A stretch of DNA of 64,000 nucleotides, taken from Ranitomeya imitator. Taxonomy: Eukaryota. The notes beneath the pieces are model-generated. The model saw only the letters and a program-made list of their open reading frames with translations, was not told the DNA's origin and ran no database searches. Shown here in pieces: positions 1 through 12,283 of this stretch (position 1 is the stretch's first letter; every line of letters starts with the position of its first letter). Location: NCBI RefSeq assembly GCF_032444005.1, contig NC_091290.1, forward strand, positions 14,074,001 through 14,138,000, written 5' to 3'. The position numbers were made by a program, and so were the translations under genes.

Positions 1-320
1 CGGGGAGGAAAACACGGAGGCGAGGGGTCGGGGGAGGAAAACACGGAGGTGAGGGTCGGGGAGGAAAACACGAAGGCGAGGGTCGGGGAGGAAAACACGG
101 AGGCGAGGGTCGGGGAGGAAAACACGGAGGCGAGGGTCGGGGAGGAAAACACGGAGGTGAGGGTCGGGGAGGAAAACACGAAGGCAAGTGTCGGGGTAGA
201 TGAAGAGGTGAGGGAGGAGGACATGGGGGTGGAGGGGACACGGAGGCGAGGGACGGGGGGAGGGAGGACATGGAGCCGAGGGGTCGGGGAGGAAAACACG
301 AAGGCAAGTGTCGGGGGTAG
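1..320. repeat. 27-bp G-rich minisatellite (CGGGGAGGAAAACACGGAGGCGAGGGT)n, degenerating rightwards; open at the window edge; in commd9 intron 1
   Basis: Unit read directly; ORF 49-324 shows a 9-aa periodicity (RVGEENTEA). Confidence 0.9.
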
Positions 321-351
321 ATGAAGAGGCGAGGGAGGAGGACATGGGGGT

Positions 352-1110
352 GGACGGGGACACGGACGCGAGGGACGGGGACACGGACGCGAGGGACGGG
401 GACACGGACGCGAGGAACGGGGACACGGACGCGAGGGACGGGGACACGGACGCGAGGGACGGGGACACGGACGCGAGGGACGGGGACACGGACGCGAGGG
501 ACGGGGACACGGACGCGAGGGACGGGGACACGGACGCGAGGGACGGGGACACGGACGCGAGGGACGGGGACACGGACGCGAGGGACGGGGACACGGACGC
601 GAGGGACGGGGACACGGACGCGAGGGACGGGGACACGGACGCGAGGGACGGGGACACGGACGCGAGGGACGGGGACACGGACGCGAGGGACGGGGACACG
701 GACGCGAGGGACGGGGACACGGACGCGAGGGACGGGGACACGGACGCGAGGGACGGGGACACGGACGCGAGGGACGGGGACACGGACGCGAGGGACGGGG
801 ACACGGACGCGAGGGACGGGGACACGGACGCGAGGGACGGGGACACGGACGCGAGGGACGGGGACACGGACGCGAGGGACGGGGACACGGACGCGAGGGA
901 CGGGGACACGGACGCGAGGGACGGGGACACGGACGCGAGGGACGGGGACACGGACGCGAGGGACGGGGACACGGACGCGAGGGACGGGGACACGGACGCG
1001 AGGGACGGGGACACGGACGCGAGGGACGGGGACACGGACGCGAGGGACGGGGACACGGACGCGAGGGACGGGGACACGGACGCGAGGGACGGGGACACGG
1101 ACGCGAGGGA
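352..1110. repeat. Near-perfect 21-bp minisatellite (CGGGGACACGGACGCGAGGGA)n, about 35 copies
   Basis: Read directly; only one variant unit is obvious (GGAAC near 415); 7-aa periodic ORFs in two frames. Confidence 0.97.
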
Positions 1111-1459
1111 CAGAGGGGAGGACATGGGGTGGGGAGGACACGGATGCAAGGGACGGGGTGGGGAGGACACGGAGGTGAGGGTCAGTGTGGGAGGACATGG
1201 AGGCTGATGTGAGGACTTAATACAGGAGGCAACTGTAACAAACCCTCAGCTGTGAGAAGTTATGTTCACATTTACAGCCTGTAATGATAGAAATGCCAGC
1301 TCTCCCCACATGCTGGTACTTGTAGTCCCCATGTAACACACAGGCTCTCCGTGCACGCTGGTACTTGTAGTCCCCATATTACACACAGGCCGCATTCGTT
1401 AGCTATACACCGGAACTCCTATCCTATGAGCAGAGCACAGACGCCCGGGAGTCTCTCAC

Positions 1460-1510
1460 CTTTAACAAGAGCTGCAGGCTAGAAAACACACCGTCCGGCA
1501 GCCCAGCCAT
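1460..1510 (-). CDS. commd9: COMM domain-containing protein 9, coding exon 1 (MAGLPDGVFSSLQLLLK); rest of the gene lies left of the window
   Basis: ATG at 1510, 17 codons, then donor AAG|GTGAG in phase 0. Resembles the recalled human COMMD9 N-terminus MAALTAEHFAALQSLLK. COMMD9 lying head-to-head with PRR5L is the recalled mammalian synteny. Confidence 0.85.
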
Positions 1511-1517
1511 TACTCCA

Positions 1518-1760
1518 GTCATGTGACTCTGATCACGTGTCTCTGACGAAACGCATCCGGGCCGCACAGCATTCTGGGGCGTGTAGTTTTTTCATTCGGC
1601 ACGTCTGTGCAGGAGCGCAGCTGCAGTCCATGTCTAGTTTGCATCATCCAATCACATAACAGCTTGGCTTATACCTACATATAACCTGAGATGTGATTGG
1701 TGGAGTTTATTTGCTGCGTCAGTAAACTCCTCCCTTATTTGTTTATAACAACCAATCAGC
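1518..1760 (-). promoter_or_regulatory. Putative commd9 core promoter: E-box/CLEAR-like GTCATGTGAC (1518-1527), CACGTG (1534-1539), ZNF143/THAP11-type ACTACACGCCCCAGAATGC (1569-1587, minus strand), CCAAT boxes (~1649, ~1696, ~1751)
   Basis: Motifs read directly just upstream of the commd9 ATG; a combination typical of housekeeping promoters. Function is inferred. Confidence 0.6.
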
Positions 1761-2063
1761 TTTTTTATTTTTTTTCTAAATCTGCCATACGGTTCCAGAG
1801 ATATGGGCCTTTTCGTTCAGTGTCATTCTCAGCATCTTTTCAAAGGTGCGTGGCGTACATGCTCCTCTGGGGCGTATCTTTAGGCTGTTTTGCATAATTA
1901 GCCACACCCCTTAAAGATTATTCACAATTTCAATAAACAAAAAGGCCCGTGTCTCTGGAACCATATGATGGATTTTAAAAAAATGGAATATTCAGGGGAT
2001 CAGCGGGAATAAGATATGAGCAAATCCCACCACTTATGAGCGGGTAATTAGTACTTATTAAAC

Positions 2064-5000
2064 AGGGGCAGGACCACTGTCAGCAGAGTACGGAGGGGCA
2101 GGACCACTGTCAGCAGAGTACGGAGGGGCAGGACCACTGTCAGCAGAGTACGGAGGGGCAGGACCACTGTCAGCAGAGTACGGAGGGGCAGGACCACTGT
2201 CAGCAGAGTACGGAGGGGCAGGACCAGCGTCAGCAGAGTACGGAGGGGCAGGACCACTGTCAGCAGAGTACGGAGGGGCAGGACCACTGTCAGCAGAGTA
2301 CGGAGGGGCAGGACCACTGTCAGCAGAGTACGGAGGGGCAGGACCACTGTCAGCAGAGTACTGAGGAGCAGGACCACTGTCAGCAGAGTACTGAGGGGCA
2401 GGACCACTGTCAGCAGAGTACTGAGGGGCAGGACCACTGTCAGCAGAGTACGGAGGGGCAGGACCACTGTCAGCAGAGTACTGAGGAGCAGGACCACTGT
2501 CAGCAGAGTACTGAGGGGCAGGACCAGCGTCAGCAGAGTACTGAGGGGCAGGACCACTGTCAGCAGAGTATGGAGGGGCAGGACCACTGTCAGCAGAGTA
2601 CGGAGGAGCAGGACCACTGTCAGCAGAGTACGGAGGGGCAGGACCACTGTCAGCAGAGTACGGAGGGGCAGGACCACTGTCAGCAGAGTATGGAGGGGCA
2701 GGACCACTGTCAGCAGAGTACGGAGGGGCAGGACCACTGTCAGCAGAGTACGGAGGGGCAGGACCACTGTCAGCAGAGTACGGAGGGGCAGGACCACTGT
2801 CAGCAGAGTACGGAGGGGCAGGACCACTGTCAGCAGAGTACGGAGGGGCAGGACCACTGTCAGCAGAGTACGGAGGGGCAGGACCACTGTCAGCAGAGTA
2901 CGGAGGGGCAGGACCACTGTCAGCAGAGTACGGAGGGGCAGGACCACTGTCAGCAGAGTACGGAGGGGCAGGACCACTGTCAGCAGAGTACGGAGGGGCA
3001 GGACCAGTGTCAGCAGAGTATGGAGGGGCAGGACCACTGTCAGCAGAGTAAGGAGGGGCAGGACCCCTGTCAGCAGAGTACGGAGGGGCAGGACCAGTGT
3101 CAGCAGAGTATGGAGGGGCAGGACCACTGTCAGCAGAGTACGGAGGGGCAGGACCACTGTCAGCAGAGTACGGAGGGGCAGGACCACTGTCAGCAGAGTA
3201 CGGAGGGGCAGGACCACTGTCAGCAGAGTACGGAGGGGCAGGACCACTGTCAGCAGAGTACGGAGGGGCAGGACCAGTGTCAGCAGAGTATGGAGGGGCA
3301 GGACCACTGTCAGCAGAGTACGGAGGGGCAGGACCACTGTCAGCAGAGTACGGAGGGGCAGGACCACTGTCAGCAGAGTATGGAGGGGCAGGACCACTGT
3401 CAGCAGAGTACTGAGGGGTAGGACCCCTGTCAGCAGAGTACGGAGGGGCAGGACCAGCGTCAGCAGAGTACTGAGGGGTAGGACCACTGTCAGCAGAGTA
3501 CGGAGGGGCAGGACCACTGTCAGCAGAGTACGGAGGGGCAGGACCACTGTCAGCAGAGTATGGAGGGGCAGGACCACTGTCAGCAGAGTACGGAGGGGCA
3601 GGACCACTGTCAGCAGAGTATGGAGGGGCAGGACCACTGTCAGCAGAGTACTGAGGGGTAGGACCCCTGTCAGCAGAGTACGGAGGGGCAGGACCAGCGT
3701 CAGCAGAGTACGGAGGGGCAGGACCCCTGTCAGCAGAGTACGGAGGGGCAGGACCACTGTCAGCAGAGTACGGAGGGGCAGGACCACTGTCAGCAGAGTA
3801 TGGAGGGGCAGGACCACTGTCAGCAGAGTACGGAGGGGCAGGACCACTGTCAGCAGAGTATGGAGGGGCAGGACCACTGTCAGCAGAGTACGGAGGAGCA
3901 GGACCACTGTCAGCAGAGTACGGAGGGGCAGGACCACTGTCAGCAGAGTACGGAGGGGCAGGACCACTGTCAGCAGAGTACGGAGGGGCAGGACCACTGT
4001 CAGCAGAGTACGGAGGGGCAGGACCACTGTCAGCAGAGTATGGAGGGGCAGGACCACTGTCAGCAGAGTACTGAGGGGTAGGACCCCTGTCAGCAGAGTA
4101 CGGAGGGGCAGGACCAGCGTCAGCAGAGTACTGAGGGGTAGGACCACTGTCAGCAGAGTACGGAGGGGCAGGACCACTGTCAGCAGAGTACGGAGGGGCA
4201 GGACCACTGTCAGCAGAGTATGGAGGGGCAGGACCACTGTCAGCAGAGTACGGAGGGGCAGGACCACTGTCAGCAGAGTATGGAGGGGCAGGACCACTGT
4301 CAGCAGAGTACTGAGGGGTAGGACCCCTGTCAGCAGAGTACGGAGGGGCAGGACCAGCGTCAGCAGAGTACGGAGGGGCAGGACCCCTGTCAGCAGAGTA
4401 CGGAGGGGCAGGACCACTGTCAGCAGAGTACGGAGGGGCAGGACCACTGTCAGCAGAGTACGGAGGGGCAGGACCCCTGTCAGCAGAGTACGGAGGGGCA
4501 GGACCACTGTCAGCAGAGTACGGAGGGACAGGACCACTGTCAGCAGAGTACGGAGGGGCAGAGCCACTGTCAGCAGAGTACTGAGGGGCAGAGCCACTGT
4601 CAGCAGAGTACGGAGGGGCAGGACCACTGTCAGCAGAGTACGGAGGGACAGGACCACTGTCAGCAGAGTACGGAGGGGCAGGACCAGCGTCAGCAGAGTA
4701 CTGAGGGGTAAGACCCCTGTCAGCAGAGTACGGAGGGGCAGAGCCACTGTCAGCAGAGTACGGAGGGGCAGGACCACTGTCAGCAGAGTACGGAGGGGCA
4801 GAGCCACTGTCAGCAGAGTACGGAGGGGCAGAGCCACTGTCAGCAGAGTACGGAGGGGCAGGACCACTGTCAGCAGAGTACGGAGGGGCAGGACCACTGT
4901 CAGCAGAGTACGGAGGGGCAGGACCAGTGTCAGCAGAGTACGGAGGGGCAGGACCAGCGTCAGCAGAGTACTGAGGGGTAAGACCCCTGTCAGCAGAGTA

Positions 5001-7204
5001 CGGAGGGGCAGAGCCACTGTCAGCAAAGTACGGAGGGGCAGAGCCACTGTCAGCAGAGTACGGAGGGGCAGAGCCACTGTCAGCAGAGTACGGAGGGGCA
5101 GGACCACTGTCAGCAAAGTACGGAGGGGCAGGACCACTGTCAGCAGAGTACGGAGGGGCAGGACCACTGTCAGCAGAGTACGGAGGGGCAGGACCAGTGT
5201 CAGCAGAGTACGGAGGGGCAGGACCAGCGTCAGCAGAGTACTGAGGGGTAGGACCCCTGTCAGCAGAGTACGGAGGGGCAGGACCACTGTCAGCAGAGTA
5301 CGGAGGGGCAGGACCACTGTCAGCAGAGTACGGAGGGGCAGAGCCACTGTCAGCAGAGTACGGAGGGGCAGGACCACTGTCAGCAGAGTACGGAGGGGCA
5401 GGACCACTGTCAGCAGAGTACGGAGGGGCAGGACTAGTGTCAGCAGAGTACGGAGGGGCAGGACCACTGTCAGCAGAGTACAGAGGGGCAGGACTAGTGT
5501 CAGCAGAGTACGGAGGGGCAGGACCAGTGTCAGCAGAGTACAGAGGGGCAGGACTAGTGTCAGCAGAGTACAGAGGGGCAGAACCACTGTCAGCAGAGTA
5601 CGGAGGGGCAGGACTAGTGTCAGCAGAGTACGGAGGGGCAGGACCACTGTCAGCAGAGTACAGAGGGGCAGGACTAGTGTCAGCAGAGTACAGAGGGGCA
5701 GAACCACTGTCAGCAGAGTACGGAGGGGCAGAGCCACTGTCAGCAGAGTACGGAGGGGCAGGACTAGCGTCAGCAGAGTACTGAGGGGTAGGACCAGTGT
5801 CAGCAGAGTACGGAGGGGCAGGACCACTGTCAGCAGAGTACGGAGGGGCAGGACCACTGTCAGCAGAGTACGGAGGGGCAGGACCACTGTCAGCAGAGTA
5901 CTGAGGGGTAGGACCCCTGTCAGCAGAGTACGGAGGGGCAGAGCCACTGTCAGCAGAGTACGGAGGGGCAGGACCACTGTCAGCAGAGTACGGAGGGGCA
6001 GGACCAGTGTCAGCAGAGTACAGAGGGGCAGGACTAGTGTCAGCAGAGTACAGAGGGGCAGAACCACTGTCAGCAGAGTACGGAGGGGCAGGACTAGTGT
6101 CAGCAGAGTACGGAGGGGCAGGACCACTGTCAGCAGAGTACAGAGGGGCAGGACTAGTGTCAGCAGAGTACAGAGGGGCAGAACCACTGTCAGCAGAGTA
6201 TGGAGGGGCAGAGCCACTGTCAGCAGAGTACGGAGGGGCAGGACCAGCGTCAGCAGAGTACTGAGGGGTAGGACCAGTGTCAGCAGAGTACGGAGGGGCA
6301 GGACCACTGTCAGCAGAGTACGGAGGGGCAGGACCACTGTCAGCAGAGTACGGAGGGGCAGGACCACTGTCAGCAGAGTACTGAGGGGTAGGACCCCTGT
6401 CAGCAGAGTACGGAGGGGCAGAGCCACTGTCAGCAGAGTACGGAGGGGCAGGACCACTGTCAGCAGAGTACGGAGGGGCAGGACCAGTGTCAGCAGAGTA
6501 CGGAGGGGCAGGACCAGCGTCAGCAGAGTACTGAGGGGTAGGACCCCTGTCAGCAGAGTACGGAGGGGCAGGACCACTGTCAGCAGAGTACGGAGGGGCA
6601 GAGCCACTGTCAGCAGAGTACTGAGGGGCAGGACCAGTGTCAGCAGAGTACGGAGGGGCAGGACCACTGTCAGCAGAGTACGGAGGGGCAGGACCACTGT
6701 CAGCAGAGTACGGAGGGGCAGGACCAGTGTCAGCAGAGTACGGAGGGGCAGGACCACTGTCAGCAGAGTACGGAGGGGCAGGACCACTGTCAGCAGAGTA
6801 CGGAGGGGCAGGACCAGTGTCAGCAGAGTACGGAGGGGCAGGACCACTGTCAGCAGAGTACGGAGGGGCAGAGCCACTGTCAGCAGAGTACGAAGGGGCA
6901 GGACTAGTGTCAGCAGAGTACGGAGGGGCAGGACCACTGTCAGCAGAGTACAGAGGGGCAGGACTAGTGTCAGCAGAGTACAGAGGGGCAGAACCACTGT
7001 CAGCAGAGTACGGAGGGGCAGAGCCACTGTCAGCAGAGTACGGAGGGGCAGGACCACTGTCAGCAGAGTATGGAGGGGCAGGACCACTGTCAGCAGAGTA
7101 TGGAGGGGCAGGACCACTGTCAGCAGAGTACGGAAGGGCAGGACTAGTGTCAGCAGAGTATTGAGGGGCAGGACCAGTGTCAGCAGAGTACAGAGGGGCA
7201 GGAC
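2064..7204. repeat. 30-bp satellite (GGACCACTGTCAGCAGAGTACGGAGGGGCA)n, left block, about 171 copies with no visible indels
   Basis: Unit stays in register on every 60-nt line; source of the 1724/1726-aa spurious ORFs. Confidence 0.98.
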
Positions 7205-7536
7205 CAGAGCCGGACTGGCCATCTGGCAATTCTGGCAAATGCCAGAAGGGCCTGTCTGGTTGTGGGCTGCCTTGTCTGGTATGTTATTAACAGAATCTGT
7301 GTTTTCAAGACACCCAAACTGTTAAAAGTTTTGACAGAGAACAAAGTCGCTGACTCTGTCACTTACCCCGACAGGCCATGGGTATCATTAGAAATATTGG
7401 TCTTGTAGTAAATCTTCCTTTCCTCCATCCAGGGTAATATTAGTAATATATTCCATCTGGTGCTTTGGGACAGGGACAGCATGGGCCTGTGTGATTTCAA
7501 ATGCCAGGGCTGAATTTCAGTCCCAGTCCGTACCTG
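7205..7536. mobile_element. hAT-type MITE (332 bp) inserted in the 30-bp satellite
   Basis: Imperfect TIRs CAGAGCCGGACTGG / CCAGTCCGTACCTG; exact 8-bp TSD GGCAGGAC at 7197-7204 and 7537-7544. Confidence 0.9.
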
Positions 7537-9470
7537 GGCAGGACCACTGTCAGCAGACTACGGAGGGACAGGACCACTGTCAGCAGAGTACGGAGGGGCA
7601 GAACCAGTATGGAGGGGCCGGATCACTGTCAGCAGAGTATAGATGGGCAGGACCAGTGTCAAAAGAGTACGGAGGGGCAGGACCAGTGTCAGCAGAGTCA
7701 GAGGGGCAGGACCAGTGACAGCAGAGTACGGAGGGGCAGGACCAGTGTCAGCAGAGTATGGAGGGGCAGGGCCAGTGTCAGCAGAGTACAGAGGGGCAGG
7801 ACCAGTGTCAGCAGAGTACGGAGGGGCAGGACCAATGTCAGCAGAGTACGGAGGAGCAGGACCAGTGTCAGCAGAGTACGGAGGGGCAGGAACAGTGTCA
7901 GCAGAGTACAGAGGGGCAGAGCCACTGTCAGCAGAGTATGGAGGGGCAGGACCAGTGTCAGCAGAGTTCGGAGGGACAGGACCAGTGTCAGCAGAGTACG
8001 GAGGGGCAGGACCAATGTCAGCAGAGTACGGAGGAGCAGGACCAGTGTCAGCAGAGTACGGAGCGGCAGGACCAGTGTCAGCAGAGTACGGAGGGGCAGG
8101 ACCAATGTCAGCAGAGTACGGAGGAGCAGGACCAGTGTCAGCAGAGTATGGAGGGGCAGGACCAGTGTCAGCAGAGTACAGAGGGGCAGAGCCACTGTCA
8201 GCAGAGTACGGAGGGACAGGACCAGTGTCAGCAGAGTACGGAGGGGCAGGACCAGTGTCAGCAGAGGCAGTACCAATGTCAGCAGAGTACGGAGGGGCAG
8301 GACCAATGTCAGCAGAGTACGGAGGAGCAGGACCAGTGTCAGCTGAGTACAGAGGGGCAGGACCAGTGTCAGCAGAGTACGGAGGGGCAGAGCCACTGTC
8401 AGCAGAGTACAGAGGGGCAGGACCAGTGTCAACAGTGTCGGAGGGGCAGGACCAGTGACAGCAGAGTACGGAGGGGCAGGACCAGTGTCAGCAGAGTACG
8501 GAGGGGCAGGACCAGTGTCAGCAGAGTACGGAGGGGCAGGACCAATGTCAGCAGAGTACGGAGGAGCAGGACCACTGTCAGCAGAGTACGGAGGGGCAGG
8601 ACCAGTGTCAGCAGAGTACAGAGGGGCAGGACCACTGTCAGCAGAGTACGGAGGGACAGGACCAGTGTCAGCAGAGTATGGAGGGGCAGGACCAGTGTCA
8701 GCAGAATACTGAGGGGCAGGACCAATGTCAGCAGAGTATGGAGGGGCAGGACCACTGCCAGCAGAGTACAGAGGGGCAGGACCAGTGTCAGCAGAGTACG
8801 GAGGGGCAGGACCAGTGTCAGCAGAGGCAGGACCAATGTCAGCAGAGTACGGAGGGGCAGGACCAGTGTCAGCAGAGTACTGAGGGGCAGGACCAATGTC
8901 AGCAGAGTACGGAGGGGCAGGACCAGTGTCAGCAGAGTACGGAGGGGCAGGACCAGTGTCAGCAGAGTACGGAGGGGCAGGACCAGTGTCAGCAGAGTAC
9001 GGAGGGGCAGGACCAATGTCAGCAGAGTACGGAGGGGCAGGACCAATCTCAGCAGAGTACGGAGGGGCAGGACCAATGTCAGCAGAGTACGGAGGGGCAG
9101 TACCAATGTCAGCAGAGTACGGAGGGTCAGGACCACTGTCAGCAGAGTACAGATGGGCAGGACCAGTGTCAGCAGAGTACAGAGGGGTAGGACCACTGTC
9201 AGAGTACGGAGGGGCAGGACCACTGTCAGCAGAGCACGGAGGTGTAGGACCAGTGTCAGCAGAGCACGGAGGTGTAGGACCACTGTCAGCAGAGTACGGA
9301 GGGGCAGAGCCACTGTCAGCAGAGTACGGAGGGGCAGGACCAGTGTCAGCAGAGTACGGAGGGGCAGGACCAGTGTCAGCAGAGTACGGAGGGGCAGGAC
9401 CACTGTCAGCAGAGTACGGAGGGGTAAGACCAGTGTCAGCAGAGTACGGAGGGGCCAGGCCAGTGTCAAT
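7537..9470. repeat. 30-bp satellite, right block, about 64 more divergent copies with indels
   Basis: Same unit, with CCAGTGT/CCAATGT variants and phase shifts. Confidence 0.95.
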
Positions 9471-11343
9471 ACAGCAGCGCATCATGAAACTTTCAGAGTC
9501 TGTCAATGAATAGAAGAAACGCTGAAAGAATCCGTGGAAGTGTGCGGTTCCATTTTTATTCTATTTTTTTTAATCTTTTCTGAGATGTGATATGATTTTT
9601 TTCCCTATTCAGAGTCTGGGAGCCTTTCTTATAATTAGGGAGGACAATGTGAATATTTATTTTATCCAGAGGGCACAATGCGAGAATCCTTTATAATCAA
9701 GGGGCATTTTTTTATAACTGGGGGTGACAGCATGAGCATTTGGTTCAGAACATACAGATTGTATGCCACATTGTACGGAGAGATAGCCCTTCCCACAGAT
9801 TCACCCTCAAACATCGGTAAATTTCAGATATGGTGCGATACGATTGTCAGGGCCCGATCCATCATCTGCGCCAGTGATCTGTGACCGCTGGACGTGAGCT
9901 CTGAGCACCGCCTGCTACCTGCAGCTGCGGCTCTTCCTATGTAATTTCCTCTTTTCATGATCAATTCTAAGCAGCTTAGAATACAGATTATTTGTGCATT
10001 TGCGGCCGTACGACCATCCATAATTCCCATTTACATTTTTCTTTTGAATTTGTGAAAAAGCGTAAGTGTAAAGAGCAAGTTAATCCACCGGGTGGCAGCA
10101 AAACACATTAAAAAGTCTGATGCAACTTTATTTTAAATATCTAAAAAAATATATTGTTTTATTATTCACATCTAATTTTGTTACTGATATTCTTATGCAA
10201 ATTCTGTTTCTATTGTGCATTACATACCTCCGAAGGGATTAAATGCTTTTTTTTTTTTTTTTTACGCTGCGCCTACCGTTTATGACACTGACAGGCCCCT
10301 GGCAGAACTTCGTATAATGCGGTCGCGGTGCACTTTGCCGTGTTTTTCAAAAATTGCGGCAAAGATTGAATTTTTAGGCCATGTGTTGATGAGTTTTTGA
10401 TGTTGCAGAATTTATGGAGCCCCATCAAGGTCTTCATTTAGCTCTGCGGACGCCATTGTCTCCATTTCTACGTATGCCCGCAGCTTCCTAGATGATGTAG
10501 AACTACAACTCCCAGCTTGTTTTCTTATTCGTTGAGATCTTGCAAATATTGACAAATCAAAACAAAGTGTATTAGGAATCTGCAGAGTGTATTGTTACGT
10601 GGCCATTAAGCTATTTATCGGCGCAAAACCAGAAATCCTATAGAAAAGGGGCCGGAGAAGAAGGTTGTACCATCAGATATATGATAGGAGCCCCCCATAG
10701 GAAGAACGTGTCAGAGTGAAGAGGTGAATGTGACAGGAGATGAGGAAACATCTGCGCCTCCTGGAGAAATCACTGATTCATCTCCTTCCAGCCATTCGCT
10801 TCCCCCCCCCCCCATGCCCCTGGCACGTACAAGGCAGCGGACCCCGCGTCTGGCAGGGACCCAGGAGGGAAGACAACGCTTCCTTCCTCAAGGAAACAAA
10901 CACCGAGACCGCTGCAAAAATTCTCTGCTCCCCCCCCCCCCAAAAAAAAAAAAATCTAATACATTTAACCCTACCCCTGGATAAAAAACTGTAAAAAAAA
11001 AAAAAACGGAAACATCCTGTGCAACATATTGGGGCACAATTTGGATGCATTTTCGGTTTTAACCACAGGGCATTCAAAGCTGCAAGTTCTACAGCCAAAG
11101 TGCAGACAAGTCGCATGCCAGTTATGCCCATTGCCTGACACTGGTCCAGGGGCGCCCTACGCCCCGATTTCCAATATCTATGGCGGATGTGGGCCCGGCA
11201 TATATGGAGCGTGTTCTAACCCTGATCAATAAGGAACGGGGGAATCGGAGTTTTACCCCCTTAAACACTGATTCTGACGTCCATCTTCCCACTCCCTCCT
11301 GTAACATGATTACACGGTGCCAATGGCATTGTTGCCGCTTTAA

Positions 11344-11678
11344 AGGGGTGGTCCCCTGCTTGCCAGGTGGCGGCGCGCTCCTGAATGATTGACAGTTCAG
11401 TCCAGCAGCACAATTGCTCCGTTGGCCCCAACTGCGCCCTCTCCAATTCTGAAGACAAAGGCAGCTTTGGATGAGCACCGGGGCATGGCTTTGGAGCAGC
11501 GCTTGCAAGGTCTGTAGCAAAGAGCTTGTAAGTGCTCCGCTCTTTCCTGAGAAGACATGCCACCGCTGATAGACTACAGAGGTGGTCAACAAGCAGTCAA
11601 TAATAAAACTAAAAGTCTTCAGAGCAGAGAGGATTTTTAAGTACTGCACATTGCAATTTTAACTTGGGAATAACCCTT
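11344..11678. mobile_element. Kolobok/T2-type MITE
   Basis: TTAA|AGGGGTGGTCCC ... GGGAATAACCCTT|TTAA termini. Confidence 0.55.
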
Positions 11679-11689
11679 TTAAAAAAAGT

Positions 11690-12283
11690 TGTGCAACGGG
11701 AAGGCACCATTGAGACTCCCAAATGTTTTTGATGGCACAACAGCACCGTAGGTAAGTGCAAACTCAACTAGATGGCAGCAGAGTGGAGAGAGGGCTGAAA
11801 TCCTGCTCAGAGCAGACCAGCAGAACTGCAGCGAGGCTACCACCAGGTGGCAGCAGAATGCTCAGACAAGCCGGGTGGATACCTGAGAGTGGCATAGTTC
11901 CAATGGGAATTCCAAACACAGAGTCAGAGGTGTGCCAAAAGGTCCGTACCGGTCCGTAGCAGAAGTACCAGAAGGAAGAGAAAGAATTAGGTCAGAGCCA
12001 AAGCAGAGTCGAGTACTGGGGAATCCAAACACACAGAGTCAGGACAGGAAGCGAGGAATGAACAGACACAGGCAAAGACAGCTAAACGAAGCAGGACAAA
12101 TCAGGGTTTCACCAAAGCCAGGTACACATGCCGTAGGCAGGAAATATAACTGACACTGCCTGCAGGGTGCAGCGCAGAGAAATAGCAGACCCGACACCGG
12201 AACGAGGCAGAGAAAGTTAACCCCTGACATGACCAGACCGGGAAAGGAGAGACAAGATCCAAACCCCGGTCTGGATCATGACA
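11690..12283. mobile_element. Possible solo-LTR-like fragment (Gypsy-type)
   Basis: TG...ATCATGACA termini and purine-rich LTR-like composition; no TSD found. Confidence 0.35.

Noticed and set aside
308-1207. DGDTDAR and RTRGTGT repeat ORFs
   Set aside because: Translation of a 21-bp array lying antisense in commd9 intron 1.
2048-9513. 1724- and 1726-aa ORFs and related mucin-like or PPY-rich ORFs
   Set aside because: Stop-free readings of a 30-bp satellite in several frames on both strands; no unique domain or splice context; interrupted by a MITE.
10502-10516. ACTACAACTCCCAGC ZNF143-like motif as a prr5l promoter marker (also near 62318)
   Set aside because: The same motif occurs in repeat-like intronic context, with no CpG-rich promoter features nearby.
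10690-10990. Acidic/proline-rich short ORF (86 aa)
   Set aside because: No recognisable homology and no convincing splice pair; runs into homopolymer tracts.
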